Source: an uncultured Clostridia bacterium (GTDB taxonomy: Bacteria; Bacillota; Clostridia; RUG12999). Taken from it: 64,000 bases of DNA. A model generated the notes under the pieces. It ran no database searches and was not told the origin of the DNA. It was given only the letters and a program-made list of their open reading frames with translations. A program made the translations under genes and the position numbers. Shown piece after piece: positions 33,648 to 42,464 of this stretch (positions within the stretch are counted from its first letter, which is position 1; every line of letters starts with the position of its first letter). The stretch covers positions 112,690 to 176,689 of the forward strand of contig CAMNSU010000001.1 in NCBI GenBank assembly GCA_946555455.1, in the 5' to 3' direction.

Positions 33648-35342
33648 CTAATATCCGCAATCGTCCAGCTTCCATGGTGCGTCCTTGCTTTCCCGCACCA
33701 AAATCCAATTCCAATCGGTATATCGCATGTTGCTGCTTAGCCCGCCCGGGGCGTTGTCCGCCGTATTAAAATGAGAGAACAACACAATGACGTTTTCCGG
33801 CTGCGCACCGTTATATGCGCCTCTGCCGGTTTGCATATAGCTTTCTATCACACGGTTTGACTGTTTTTCCTCATACCACAATTCTGTAAGCGTGCAATTT
33901 CCGAATCCTTTAAAACTCTCCAGCACGGTATTGATTGCCGCCTGAATTTCTTCTGCCGAAAATTTTTCTGAAGCGGAGACCGTCAGCGTTGCCTGCTCCG
34001 TATTTCCTGCCGCTCTTATCAGCGAAAACAGCGGCGCTGTTTCTGACGCACAAATATCTGTTATATATAGCGGCTGCCGTCCGTCTTGCCGCAGCGATTC
34101 ATCAGCAGGATAATAGAAAATATAGTTTCCGTGAATTTCCGCCGCGCCTGAAATACCGCTCAGCAGTTTCACTTGATATCCGTGCTGCAAATTGCACCGG
34201 TATAAATCGGCGGGACCCTCTTCCGGCGGCGTTTGATAAAACAAACGGCTGCCAACAATCCACAGTTCGGCTGCCCGCGCCGACCGGTATGCTTCCATTG
34301 ATTCATAGACCGCGGTTTTGCTGTCGTAGCAGCCAATGCCTAAATACCGCAGCGGCGTTCTTTCATTCTTATATTCCGACATACCGTAATAAACCTTTTG
34401 GTCTGATGAAATATCCAGACAGGTCGTATAACCATCATAGATTGTTTTCGTTTCCCCTGTTTCCATGGAATATTCCAACAGTTTGTTATTATGCATGTGA
34501 ATATAATAAATCTTATCGCCCATCACGCGGTAGTCGCCGCACGGACTTTCTATGACCAATGTTTCGCCGCTGCCATCCAGATTCGCCCGATATAAGCTAT
34601 GTGTGCGGTCGTTCTGTTTGCTGTAATAAACATGACCGCCCGCAACCGTCGCCACTCCTACCGGAACCGCCGTGACTTGCTGTTCTTCTCCTGTTTGTAT
34701 ATTTTCGCGGCACAAATAAAACGCACTGTTATGATAATAGAGGAATCCATCTTCTACCTGCAAAGAATTGGTATATGCATGTGGTTCTTCTTCATAAATG
34801 CCCTGTTCCATGGATATTTTTTTGCCATCTGTCCACATCATTGCGGTTCCCAGCATCGCAATATTCTGATACTGTCTCGGCGCCTGCGTCCTGTCAGGAT
34901 TCGGGTTTTCTATATACACCGTGTTGCTGTCGCCGTCCCAAAACACATCATAGCCCGCAGCTGCCGCAATAAAACGCAGCGGTACCATGGTTCTGTCCTG
35001 TACCATTTGCACCGGCACCGAAAGCTGCGCAGTGGCGCTGCCTAAATATGCCCGCGACGCGCCGACGTCAACTTTCACATACGCGCTGTCTTTCACAGCC
35101 GTCACCAGTTGCCTTTCCTCGTCCCAAGAAACTTCATAGTCCAGCGCTTCCATCACTTTTCGCAGCGGCACCATGGTTCTGTTTTCCATTAACATTGGCG
35201 GCACGTCAAACGAAATGGCTTCATTTTCCAGTTTCACTTGAATCGCGTCGCCGACAGGTTCCGCCGCCTTTGCCGGCGCAATACCGCCCACGGAAAACAG
35301 ACACATTGCCAACACCACTGCACTTCCGAACCATTTCTTCAT
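33648..35342 (-). CDS. Secreted protein: copper amine oxidase N-terminal (stalk) domain, DUF5050-like beta-propeller, DUF4829-like C-terminal domain
   Basis: Signal peptide; repeated RTMVPLR motifs; propeller repeats (LYRANLDGS); C-terminal SEKFSAEEI..WNWILVR..WKLDDCGY. Confidence 0.78.
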   Translation of the reverse strand: MKKWFGSAVVLAMCLFSVGGIAPAKAAEPVGDAIQVKLENEAISFDVPPMLMENRTMVPLRKVMEALDYEVSWDEERQLVTAVKDSAYVKVDVGASRAYLGSATAQLSVPVQMVQDRTMVPLRFIAAAAGYDVFWDGDSNTVYIENPNPDRTQAPRQYQNIAMLGTAMMWTDGKKISMEQGIYEEEPHAYTNSLQVEDGFLYYHNSAFYLCRENIQTGEEQQVTAVPVGVATVAGGHVYYSKQNDRTHSLYRANLDGSGETLVIESPCGDYRVMGDKIYYIHMHNNKLLEYSMETGETKTIYDGYTTCLDISSDQKVYYGMSEYKNERTPLRYLGIGCYDSKTAVYESMEAYRSARAAELWIVGSRLFYQTPPEEGPADLYRCNLQHGYQVKLLSGISGAAEIHGNYIFYYPADESLRQDGRQPLYITDICASETAPLFSLIRAAGNTEQATLTVSASEKFSAEEIQAAINTVLESFKGFGNCTLTELWYEEKQSNRVIESYMQTGRGAYNGAQPENVIVLFSHFNTADNAPGGLSSNMRYTDWNWILVRESKDAPWKLDDCGY

Positions 35343-35364
35343 TACCATCACTCCATTCGGATTT

Positions 35365-35796
35365 TTATTTTTCATTCCGTCCCAATAGTTCGTCCAATGT
35401 TACGTCAAATAAATCTGCAAGTTGGAGCAGCTTGTCCAGTTTGGGTTCATATTTGTTATATTCATATCCCTGATAAGTTGCTTTTCGGATTCCCAACTCA
35501 CTTGCCACTTCTGTTTGTGTTAATTGCTTTTTCTTGCGCAACTCCCGCAATCGCTGCGGAAACGGCGTTACCTCTTTATCAAATTCCACAGTAAGTGTTT
35601 CTCCGATTATTATATACTGAACACTCGTGTGCAAAATCTCCGCCAACAAAACAATCTTTTTTATAGATGGCTCCGTATGTTCATGTTCATAATTTGCATA
35701 CCCATTTTCCAATAAACCCAAAAGTCTGCTCATTTGCCTTTGCGAAATATTCTCATTTTCTCTTAAATTTTTTAAACGTTCTCCAATTCCTTTCAT
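35365..35796 (-). CDS. Tandem-HTH XRE-family transcriptional regulator
   Basis: Two Cro/C1-type HTHs: ERLKNLRE..YEHEHTEPS and QRLRELRK..YEYNKYEPK. Confidence 0.88.
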   Translation of the reverse strand: MKGIGERLKNLRENENISQRQMSRLLGLLENGYANYEHEHTEPSIKKIVLLAEILHTSVQYIIIGETLTVEFDKEVTPFPQRLRELRKKKQLTQTEVASELGIRKATYQGYEYNKYEPKLDKLLQLADLFDVTLDELLGRNEK

Positions 35797-35899
35797 TTTT
35801 TCACTTCCTATCTTAAATTTTTCCTGACAATAACCTTTAGTTATGTTATAGTATAGGTGTATTCATTTATCAGTCTTTTTTGAAAGGAATGATTTTATT

Positions 35900-36178
35900 A
35901 TGTATCAAACATTTGAGGATATGCTTCAAGAATATCTTACAGAGCTTGTGGAATTTCCCTATGCCGCATGGCATAATTCGCCGCAATATCAAGAAGCTCA
36001 ATTGCGCAGACGCCAAACCGAAAAAAGCATTCTTGAATTAATACCACCTAAACAGCAACAAGAAGCAGACATGCTTTTAGATGTTCTTGACTGTGACCGG
36101 TCGGCTGAATCCATTTTTTATTATCAATATGGCATTAAAGACGGTATCCGCATTTTAAAACTTCTAGGCGTACTATAA
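35900..36178 (+). CDS. Small acidic hypothetical protein (DUF6809-like)
   Basis: AAGGA RBS; C-terminal FYYQYGIKDGIRIL motif. Confidence 0.65.
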   Translation: MYQTFEDMLQEYLTELVEFPYAAWHNSPQYQEAQLRRRQTEKSILELIPPKQQQEADMLLDVLDCDRSAESIFYYQYGIKDGIRILKLLGVL

Positions 36179-36218
36179 AAGTAAAGGGAAGCATATGCAT
36201 GATATCTTATGCCCGCTC

Positions 36219-36403
36219 TATTTGCGCAAATCATTACCAGAGAAAAAATCAAAGGGGGGAGTAAATGGGGCAAAGAGCGAAGAATGTATTCTTCCAAGAA
36301 AAGTAAGAGGGGGAGACTTTGTGCAACGCACAAAGTCGGAGGACATTTTCAAGGAAGAATACATGCGGAGCGATACTTCGGCGGTAATGGATTTACGCAA
36401 ATA
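36219..36403. ncRNA. 185-nt rod-like hairpin; candidate 6S-like RNA or MITE
   Basis: TATTTGCG/CGCAAATA ends, ATTACC/GGTAAT, perfect 12-bp and 10-bp inner stems, asymmetric central bubble. Confidence 0.45.
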
Positions 36404-36443
36404 CGGGAAACAAGCATTTCCCGCTTGGCGCGCGTCCCTGCCT

Positions 36444-38132
36444 TTATTCCTTCACATATGCCTCGATTTCCGATTCCAATACATAGCTGCCTGGTTTCAA
36501 TGTGTGGCAAATGGCGGGCAGCGCGGTATACGGATATTTCAAGTTGGTGTTCGGTTCCACGTCAATCAGCATGGGTTCGCCCTGCGCAGACGCAATGCTG
36601 CTGACGGCATAGGGATTTTGCGCCGTCACGCGGTGCGCTTCCGTTTCCGATTCCAGCCGCTCCGCGTCAATGGAAAAGCCGCAGTCATATGCTACGCATT
36701 CCCGCTGCACGGTCACAACGTGTCTGCGTTTGTGTCCGTGCGCCGTGGGCGTGAGCGTGGTTTCCACCACAATTCCCTCTGCCGGCGACCATTTTGACCA
36801 AACCACACCCTCCTCTATTTTCGTTGCGCTGCATTCCTTGCGCACGCGTATTATGCCGTCCACTTCAAACGCCAGCATACTGTCCGGCGCGGCTTTGCGT
36901 ATCGTGTCATAGGACCGCGGTACGCTGAATCCAAAATAGGTGGAATAGGCAAATTTTGCATATTTTTCCGTTGCCTGCGCCGGATTGAAAAACGGGAACT
37001 TACCGGAGCGCAGCGCCGTCGTGTTATGCGGCTGATGCTGAAGCACCATGAACGCATGTTTCAAATATGCCACATCGTCCCGCGGCGGCATGGGCAGCGC
37101 TTTGGTACGCCAAAATTCATGTTCCTCCGGCAGCGCCAAAATGATAAACGCTTTGAGCGCCCAATAAGGCGACCCGGGCGCGTTATAGCCTTCCGCCATG
37201 TTCAAATTCGGATATTCATAGCCCACGGTCAAAATGCCCGCGTTGTCAAAAATCGGGCGGTTCAGCCAATGTTCCATATGCCGCGCAATGATTCCTTTCA
37301 TCACGCCCAATTCAAAGGGCTGTAAACCGGCAAACACACACGCGCCCCAGAACGAACACTGCGCAAACCGGTACGTCAAAGACCGCCCGAACGGAATGCT
37401 CACGCCATCCTCGTCGAACCAATGAATAAACGTCTGCGCAAACTGCATGGCGCGGTCTTTATATAATTTGCTGCGCGCCGGATCTTCGTTTTCCATCACC
37501 TTGGCATAAATCAGGCTATAGAAATGAATGGCGAACGAAATATAGTAGTCCGTGTTGGGCGTGAGTCCGTCGCGATACCAGCCGTCGCCCAGATAGAATT
37601 TTTCAAAACGCGCAAACGCATGATTCATTTTTTCCTGACAATAGGGCGCGCCCACCGCTTTGAGTCCCAAATTCGTCAGCACGTTAAAAAACTGCCAGTT
37701 GTTATCCACCAACTCCAGTTCGTTGATTTGATTCAGCCACTGCACCACGTTTTCTTTTTCCACATCACTCAGCGGGTCATAGATTTTATCCGCCGCCATC
37801 ACAAGCGCCAGTCCAATGGGCGCCATTTCCACCATACGCTGGTCGCACGGTTTAATTTTGCCCCAATATTCCGGATGGTCGGGATTTGTCCCGTTGCGCA
37901 GCCCTTCGCGGTAGATATGCGCAAAGATTTCGCCGCGTCCGCCGCCGCCCCAAAAAGGCGCCAGGCCCCACAACGGGCGTGCAAACGCTTCCATTTCAAT
38001 GATATCACGGTTATAAACCGCGCCGCACGGCCCCAGCCGCAGACGCGCGCCGCCTTCGCTATAGTAGGGTTTCAAAGGTCCCGTTAATTTTTCCAGTGCA
38101 AACACAAAATCCGCTCTTGTTTTCCATTCCAT
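36444..38132 (-). CDS. DUF2264 protein (related to GH154 beta-glucuronidases), cytoplasmic
   Basis: MEAFARPLWGLAP, DQRMVE, DNNWQFF, YLGDGWYRDG, DYYISFAIHFY, FGRSLTYRFA, YNAPGSPYWA. Confidence 0.82.
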   Translation of the reverse strand: MEWKTRADFVFALEKLTGPLKPYYSEGGARLRLGPCGAVYNRDIIEMEAFARPLWGLAPFWGGGGRGEIFAHIYREGLRNGTNPDHPEYWGKIKPCDQRMVEMAPIGLALVMAADKIYDPLSDVEKENVVQWLNQINELELVDNNWQFFNVLTNLGLKAVGAPYCQEKMNHAFARFEKFYLGDGWYRDGLTPNTDYYISFAIHFYSLIYAKVMENEDPARSKLYKDRAMQFAQTFIHWFDEDGVSIPFGRSLTYRFAQCSFWGACVFAGLQPFELGVMKGIIARHMEHWLNRPIFDNAGILTVGYEYPNLNMAEGYNAPGSPYWALKAFIILALPEEHEFWRTKALPMPPRDDVAYLKHAFMVLQHQPHNTTALRSGKFPFFNPAQATEKYAKFAYSTYFGFSVPRSYDTIRKAAPDSMLAFEVDGIIRVRKECSATKIEEGVVWSKWSPAEGIVVETTLTPTAHGHKRRHVVTVQRECVAYDCGFSIDAERLESETEAHRVTAQNPYAVSSIASAQGEPMLIDVEPNTNLKYPYTALPAICHTLKPGSYVLESEIEAYVKE

Positions 38133-38338
38133 TTGTTTCCTCTCCTTTTTCATACGCAAGCACAGGAACGTCAAATCCCATGTTTTTCCGCCAAATTTTT
38201 CTTTTCTTTAGTATAGCATAAAAGAGAGGTGTTTGCAACACGAATCACAGCAAACGCCCTCTCTTTTTCCTGTTTTTTACAAGTGGTTTTACTATATCAA
38301 ATCTGCCGCGCGGCACATGGGAGTCAACGCCCCTATGC

Positions 38339-40357
38339 TTATTGCAAGGTATCCCGCGGTGCACTGCAAGCGTGGTTTTCGCAAATATAATACTGCGGTT
38401 TGTCCTCCCGCACTGCATAAGCGCGTGTGAACGGCGCGGCGCGGTGCAGCGTCTCCTCGTTTTCCGGCGTTTTGAGCAGCGCCGACGTATGCGGGTGCTG
38501 CGCCGCCTGACGTAAACGCTGTTCCACCGCCGTGTCCGGCGACGTACAGATGATTTCCTTGGACGGATACAGTCCATACATCAGCGCAATCAGGAAAAAG
38601 CTATAACCCACAGGATAGTCCTCCATGTTTGCCGCAACAAATTGCAGTTGCTGCTGCGCAGTGTCCTCCAGCGCCACGTTGCCGGTCAATTTGGACAGGC
38701 GAATCAGCGCATATGCCATGACGGAATTTCCCGACGGCAGCGCGCCGTCATAGAGTTCTTTGGGTCGTCCAATCAACTGTTCTGCCTGACTGCTGTAGTA
38801 ATAAAACCCACCGCCGTCCGCGTCCCAAAACAGTTCCATGATTTGTTTTTCCAGTTCCACTGCCCGCTCTAAATAGCACGCGTCAAACGTTGCGCCGTAG
38901 AGTTCCAGTTGTGCCCACAGCAGATAGGCGTAGTCGTCCAGATTGCCCTGTCCTTTCGCTTCACCGTCCCGCCAGCGAACCCGCAGCCGTCCGGTTTCGT
39001 CCGTCAACTGTTTCGCCAAAAATTTGTCCGCCGCCTGCGCCGCTTGCAGATGTTTCTTGCTGCCCCAAACTTGATATGCCTGCGCAAGGGCGGCTATCAT
39101 CAGCGCATTCCAGCCGGTCAGCACTTTGTCGTCGCACGCGATCTGCGCCCGCTGACGGCGGTATCCGCGCAGTTTTTCCGCCAACTCGTCTATGCGCGTA
39201 TTTCGCTCCATAAAAAATTCGTTGTCCAACAAGTGCAGCACGGTTTTCCCTTCAAAATTTCCTTCTTCGCGCACGCCGAACCAATCGTTCCAGCAGCGTC
39301 CGTCCTCCTGCCCCAAAACCGCCAGGATTTCTTGTTTGGTGAACGTATAATATTTTCCCTCTTCGCCGTCGCTGTCCGCGTCCAGCGCCGTATAAAAACC
39401 GCCCGCCGCGTCCTGCATATCCCGCAGCACAAACTGAATGGTTTTTTCCGCCACTTCTCTGTAGAACCGGTTGCCGGTCTTGCGAAACGCCTGCACATAT
39501 GCCATAATCAGCAGCGCGTTGTCATAGAGCATTTTTTCAAAATGCGGCACCAGCCATTTTTCGTCCGTGCTGTATCTGGCAAATCCATAGCCAACGTGGT
39601 CAAACAACCCGCCGCGATACATTTGCTGCAACGTTTTTTCCGCCATGTGCAGCGCTTCCGCGTCCTGTTCAATCTCCGCATAGCGCAGCAAAAAAATAAG
39701 TTGGTGCGGCGAGGGAAATTTGGGTGCATTGCCAAAACCGCCGTAGTCCCTGTCAAACATCCAGGTGAACAGTGACGCCGCCTTTTGCAGCACGCCTTTT
39801 GTGACTTCTGCCACGCCCGCGCGCGTATAAGGCCGCCGCGCAAGCTGTGCCAGTTCTAAGCCCTGTTGTTCCAGCGCGTCCCTGTTTTCTTTCCAATGTT
39901 TTGCAGCTTCCTGTAAAATTTCCATCAGTCCCGGTCTGCCGTACCGGCGGCGTTTGGGAAAATAGGTGCCGACAAAAAACGGTCGCCGCTGCGGCGTCAT
40001 CAGAACGGTCAGCGGCCAGCCGCCTTGCCCTGTTGCCGCCTGACATACGTTCATATATACTGTGTCTATATCAGGACGTTCCTCGCGGTCTACTTTGATG
40101 GAAATAAATTCCTGATTCAGCAGCGCCGCCACTTCGCTGTCCTCAAAGGATTCGCGTTCCATGACATGGCACCAGTGGCAGGTGGAATAGCCAATGGACA
40201 AAAAGATGGGTTTATTCTCCCGCGCCGCGTCGGCAAACGCCTCTTTCCCCCATGGATACCAATTGACCGGATTGTTTTTGTGCTGCAAAAGATAGGGCGA
40301 TTTTTCCGTGCCCAAACGGTTATATTGATTTTGTATGGTCTCTCGCATGATTCCCAT
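38339..40357 (-). CDS. YyaL/SPATA20-type thioredoxin-domain protein
   Basis: [51 protein letters not shown]; start may be 40348. Confidence 0.93.
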   Translation of the reverse strand: MGIMRETIQNQYNRLGTEKSPYLLQHKNNPVNWYPWGKEAFADAARENKPIFLSIGYSTCHWCHVMERESFEDSEVAALLNQEFISIKVDREERPDIDTVYMNVCQAATGQGGWPLTVLMTPQRRPFFVGTYFPKRRRYGRPGLMEILQEAAKHWKENRDALEQQGLELAQLARRPYTRAGVAEVTKGVLQKAASLFTWMFDRDYGGFGNAPKFPSPHQLIFLLRYAEIEQDAEALHMAEKTLQQMYRGGLFDHVGYGFARYSTDEKWLVPHFEKMLYDNALLIMAYVQAFRKTGNRFYREVAEKTIQFVLRDMQDAAGGFYTALDADSDGEEGKYYTFTKQEILAVLGQEDGRCWNDWFGVREEGNFEGKTVLHLLDNEFFMERNTRIDELAEKLRGYRRQRAQIACDDKVLTGWNALMIAALAQAYQVWGSKKHLQAAQAADKFLAKQLTDETGRLRVRWRDGEAKGQGNLDDYAYLLWAQLELYGATFDACYLERAVELEKQIMELFWDADGGGFYYYSSQAEQLIGRPKELYDGALPSGNSVMAYALIRLSKLTGNVALEDTAQQQLQFVAANMEDYPVGYSFFLIALMYGLYPSKEIICTSPDTAVEQRLRQAAQHPHTSALLKTPENEETLHRAAPFTRAYAVREDKPQYYICENHACSAPRDTLQ

Positions 40358-40508
40358 TCCTTTTCAATCAGATTTTGTCTTTTTATTGTATCCTGTTTTG
40401 CACAAAAAAATCTGTTGTTTCCGGAATAGATTCGATATTTTTTGACCTTTTTGTATTAGTTTGCTTTTTTCACCCTGTATGTTCCGCATTTTCTTTCGCA
40501 TTCTGCTC

Positions 40509-40537
40509 TTGACAGTAGGTAAAATTTGTACTATAAT
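40509..40537 (+). promoter_or_regulatory. Perfect consensus sigma-A promoter with no downstream plus-strand gene
   Basis: TTGACA, 17 nt, TATAAT. Confidence 0.75.
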
Positions 40538-40543
40538 AAAATA

Positions 40544-40741
40544 AAGTCCAATCATTACCATAGTATTTTCTTTTTGGTACCAACTTTTTATCCGTTTACA
40601 TAAATTTTGCATAAAATGATGGATTCAATATACTGTGTTTTCAACTTTTCAAACCCCCGAAAAGTGTTACCCTCTTTCCATCATTTTATATATACATAAA
40701 GGGGCTGCCCACCGCTTCAGTGGGACAGCCCCTTTATGTAT
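40544..40741 (+). ncRNA. Candidate ~195-nt small RNA
   Basis: Lies between the orphan promoter and the hairpin at 40692-40741; 13-bp stem plus apical C-rich loop. Confidence 0.45.
40692..40741. terminator. Bidirectional terminator
   Basis: ATACATAAAGGGGCTG..CCAC/GTGG..CAGCCCCTTTATGTAT. Confidence 0.75.
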
Positions 40742-40793
40742 CTGTAGCATTCGGAACCAAAGTTCCCTTCCATAAAATTTTTCATGAAGGGAA

Positions 40794-41201
40794 CTAGGAT
40801 TCCTGTTTTAAGCGAAACACCGCGCCGTCCGGCACCGGTTCTTCTTTTCCCAATTTCACCGACGAGGATTTATCTTTTTGAAACACCAGCGTATCGCCGT
40901 CTACCCGAAACGTATAGCGGCGTTCTCCGTCCTCTGTCGTCAGCACCACATCGCTTCCTTTCACTTCATAGGTGCCCAGCGGGAGGTAGCTCATCATCGC
41001 CGAATACATCATTTGAAATTTTTGACCTTCTTCCAAAATGACATAGGGGGGCAGTGGTTCCTCAGACGATTCCATTTCATATTTTCCCAGCTGCACCTGC
41101 GCCGGCTGCTGCTGCACGTCCTCCGTCTGCTGCTGCGTACAGCCTGCAAACAACAGAAAAACGGTCAAAACAGCTAACAGAATACTTTGTTTTCGCATCA
41201 T
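40794..41201 (-). CDS. Small lipoprotein, unknown function
   Basis: Lipobox FAGC; GGAGG RBS. Confidence 0.78.
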   Translation of the reverse strand: MMRKQSILLAVLTVFLLFAGCTQQQTEDVQQQPAQVQLGKYEMESSEEPLPPYVILEEGQKFQMMYSAMMSYLPLGTYEVKGSDVVLTTEDGERRYTFRVDGDTLVFQKDKSSSVKLGKEEPVPDGAVFRLKQES

Positions 41202-41235
41202 AGTTCCTCCTCTCTCTTGCTGTGGGCATAAAGCA

Positions 41236-42276
41236 TTATTTCAGCGGAATCACCATGTTCCAGGTTTTAGTGGCATTTCCGAATCCGCCTCCGTTTTTTC
41301 CGTCGGAGGTTGCAAAAAACAGATGTGTCGGACGACCGTCCTCAAACAAAATGAAGGGGCGTTCCAAATTTCCCATTTCACGCACCTGTCCATCGTCCCA
41401 CAAAATGTTGCGGGAATAGAACTGGAAATCCCGTTTGACGTCCCAATGCACGCCGTCGCGGCTGGACGCATAAATACCGCCATATTTTTCGCCGCAGATT
41501 TTACCGTTCATATCTTTTGCCATCATGTTATAACCGTCTTCGTCTATCCAGATAAAGGGGTCTTCCACTTCCAGACCTTCTTCCTGAATCAACGGCACAT
41601 TGCTGCACGCCTCAAACGGCCCTTCAAAAGACGCCGCTTTTGACACGCCCAGTTCCATTTTGCCGTGCAGATATTCCGGATAGGGCCGGCTGGCATATTT
41701 TCTGGTTTTATATACCATCAGCACGCTGCCGTCCGGATTCAGGCAGGGCGCCGGATTGGAAACAAAGAAATTATCAAAATATTCCGGACGCGTTTTTTGC
41801 ACCGGTTCATCGCGGCGCTCCCACGGACCGTAGATGCTTTTGCTGGTTGCAATGCCGACACGTTTGTTGGCACGCGCCACAATCGTGCGGTAGCTGCTGT
41901 TGTCCAGTTTTTCACCGAGCGGAACGTCGGGAAATGGATGAGTTGACCCCATATAATAAAGCACATAAGTATCGCCGCATTTCATAATATGTGGATTGTG
42001 TGTGGAACGACCGTCCCAATACTCCGCGCCGCGCGCCGGTGTGACCACTTCTTTGAAGGTATAGGGCCCTTCCGGCGTCTCGGATTCCGCACGCACAATC
42101 TCCGATTCCATCAGCCAGCCCGGGTGCATCGGTAATGTGTTGCGCCAGCGTGATGCAAACATATGATATTTCCCGTCCGCTTTGATTACGCTTCCGCACC
42201 AAACCCAATAACCTTCCATGGCAAACCCTCCGCCTACCGGTGCGGGCAGCATTCTTTCTGACAATGTTCCTTTCAT
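41236..42276 (-). CDS. Cytoplasmic five-bladed beta-propeller glycoside hydrolase (GH43/62/32/68/117/130-like)
   Basis: WVWCGS, YHMFASRW, THNPHI, SNPAP, EDPFIW, LERPFI; start MKGT; no signal peptide. Confidence 0.82.
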   Translation of the reverse strand: MKGTLSERMLPAPVGGGFAMEGYWVWCGSVIKADGKYHMFASRWRNTLPMHPGWLMESEIVRAESETPEGPYTFKEVVTPARGAEYWDGRSTHNPHIMKCGDTYVLYYMGSTHPFPDVPLGEKLDNSSYRTIVARANKRVGIATSKSIYGPWERRDEPVQKTRPEYFDNFFVSNPAPCLNPDGSVLMVYKTRKYASRPYPEYLHGKMELGVSKAASFEGPFEACSNVPLIQEEGLEVEDPFIWIDEDGYNMMAKDMNGKICGEKYGGIYASSRDGVHWDVKRDFQFYSRNILWDDGQVREMGNLERPFILFEDGRPTHLFFATSDGKNGGGFGNATKTWNMVIPLK

Positions 42277-42415
42277 GAAATTCTCTCCTTTTGTCTCGTT
42301 ATATTTTCCTATTGTAGCACAAAGTATTTTCCTTTTCAAGCATTGTTTATTTTTTGTCATTTTCTGTGTTTTCAAATGAAAAACCACATTTCTATGAAAT
42401 AGGTTTATAGCAGCA

Positions 42416-42447
42416 AAAACAGGCGGGCATGTTTACCCGCCTGCTGT
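42416..42447 (-). terminator. Terminator of the SLH operon
   Basis: CAGGCGGG-TAAACATG-CCCGCCTG followed by TTTTT on the minus strand. Confidence 0.8.
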
Positions 42448-42464
42448 TCATTTTTCTGAACTGA

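Noticed and set aside
36229-40560. 11-mer AATCATTACCA shared by the two candidate RNAs
   Set aside because: Too short and AT-rich to separate from chance
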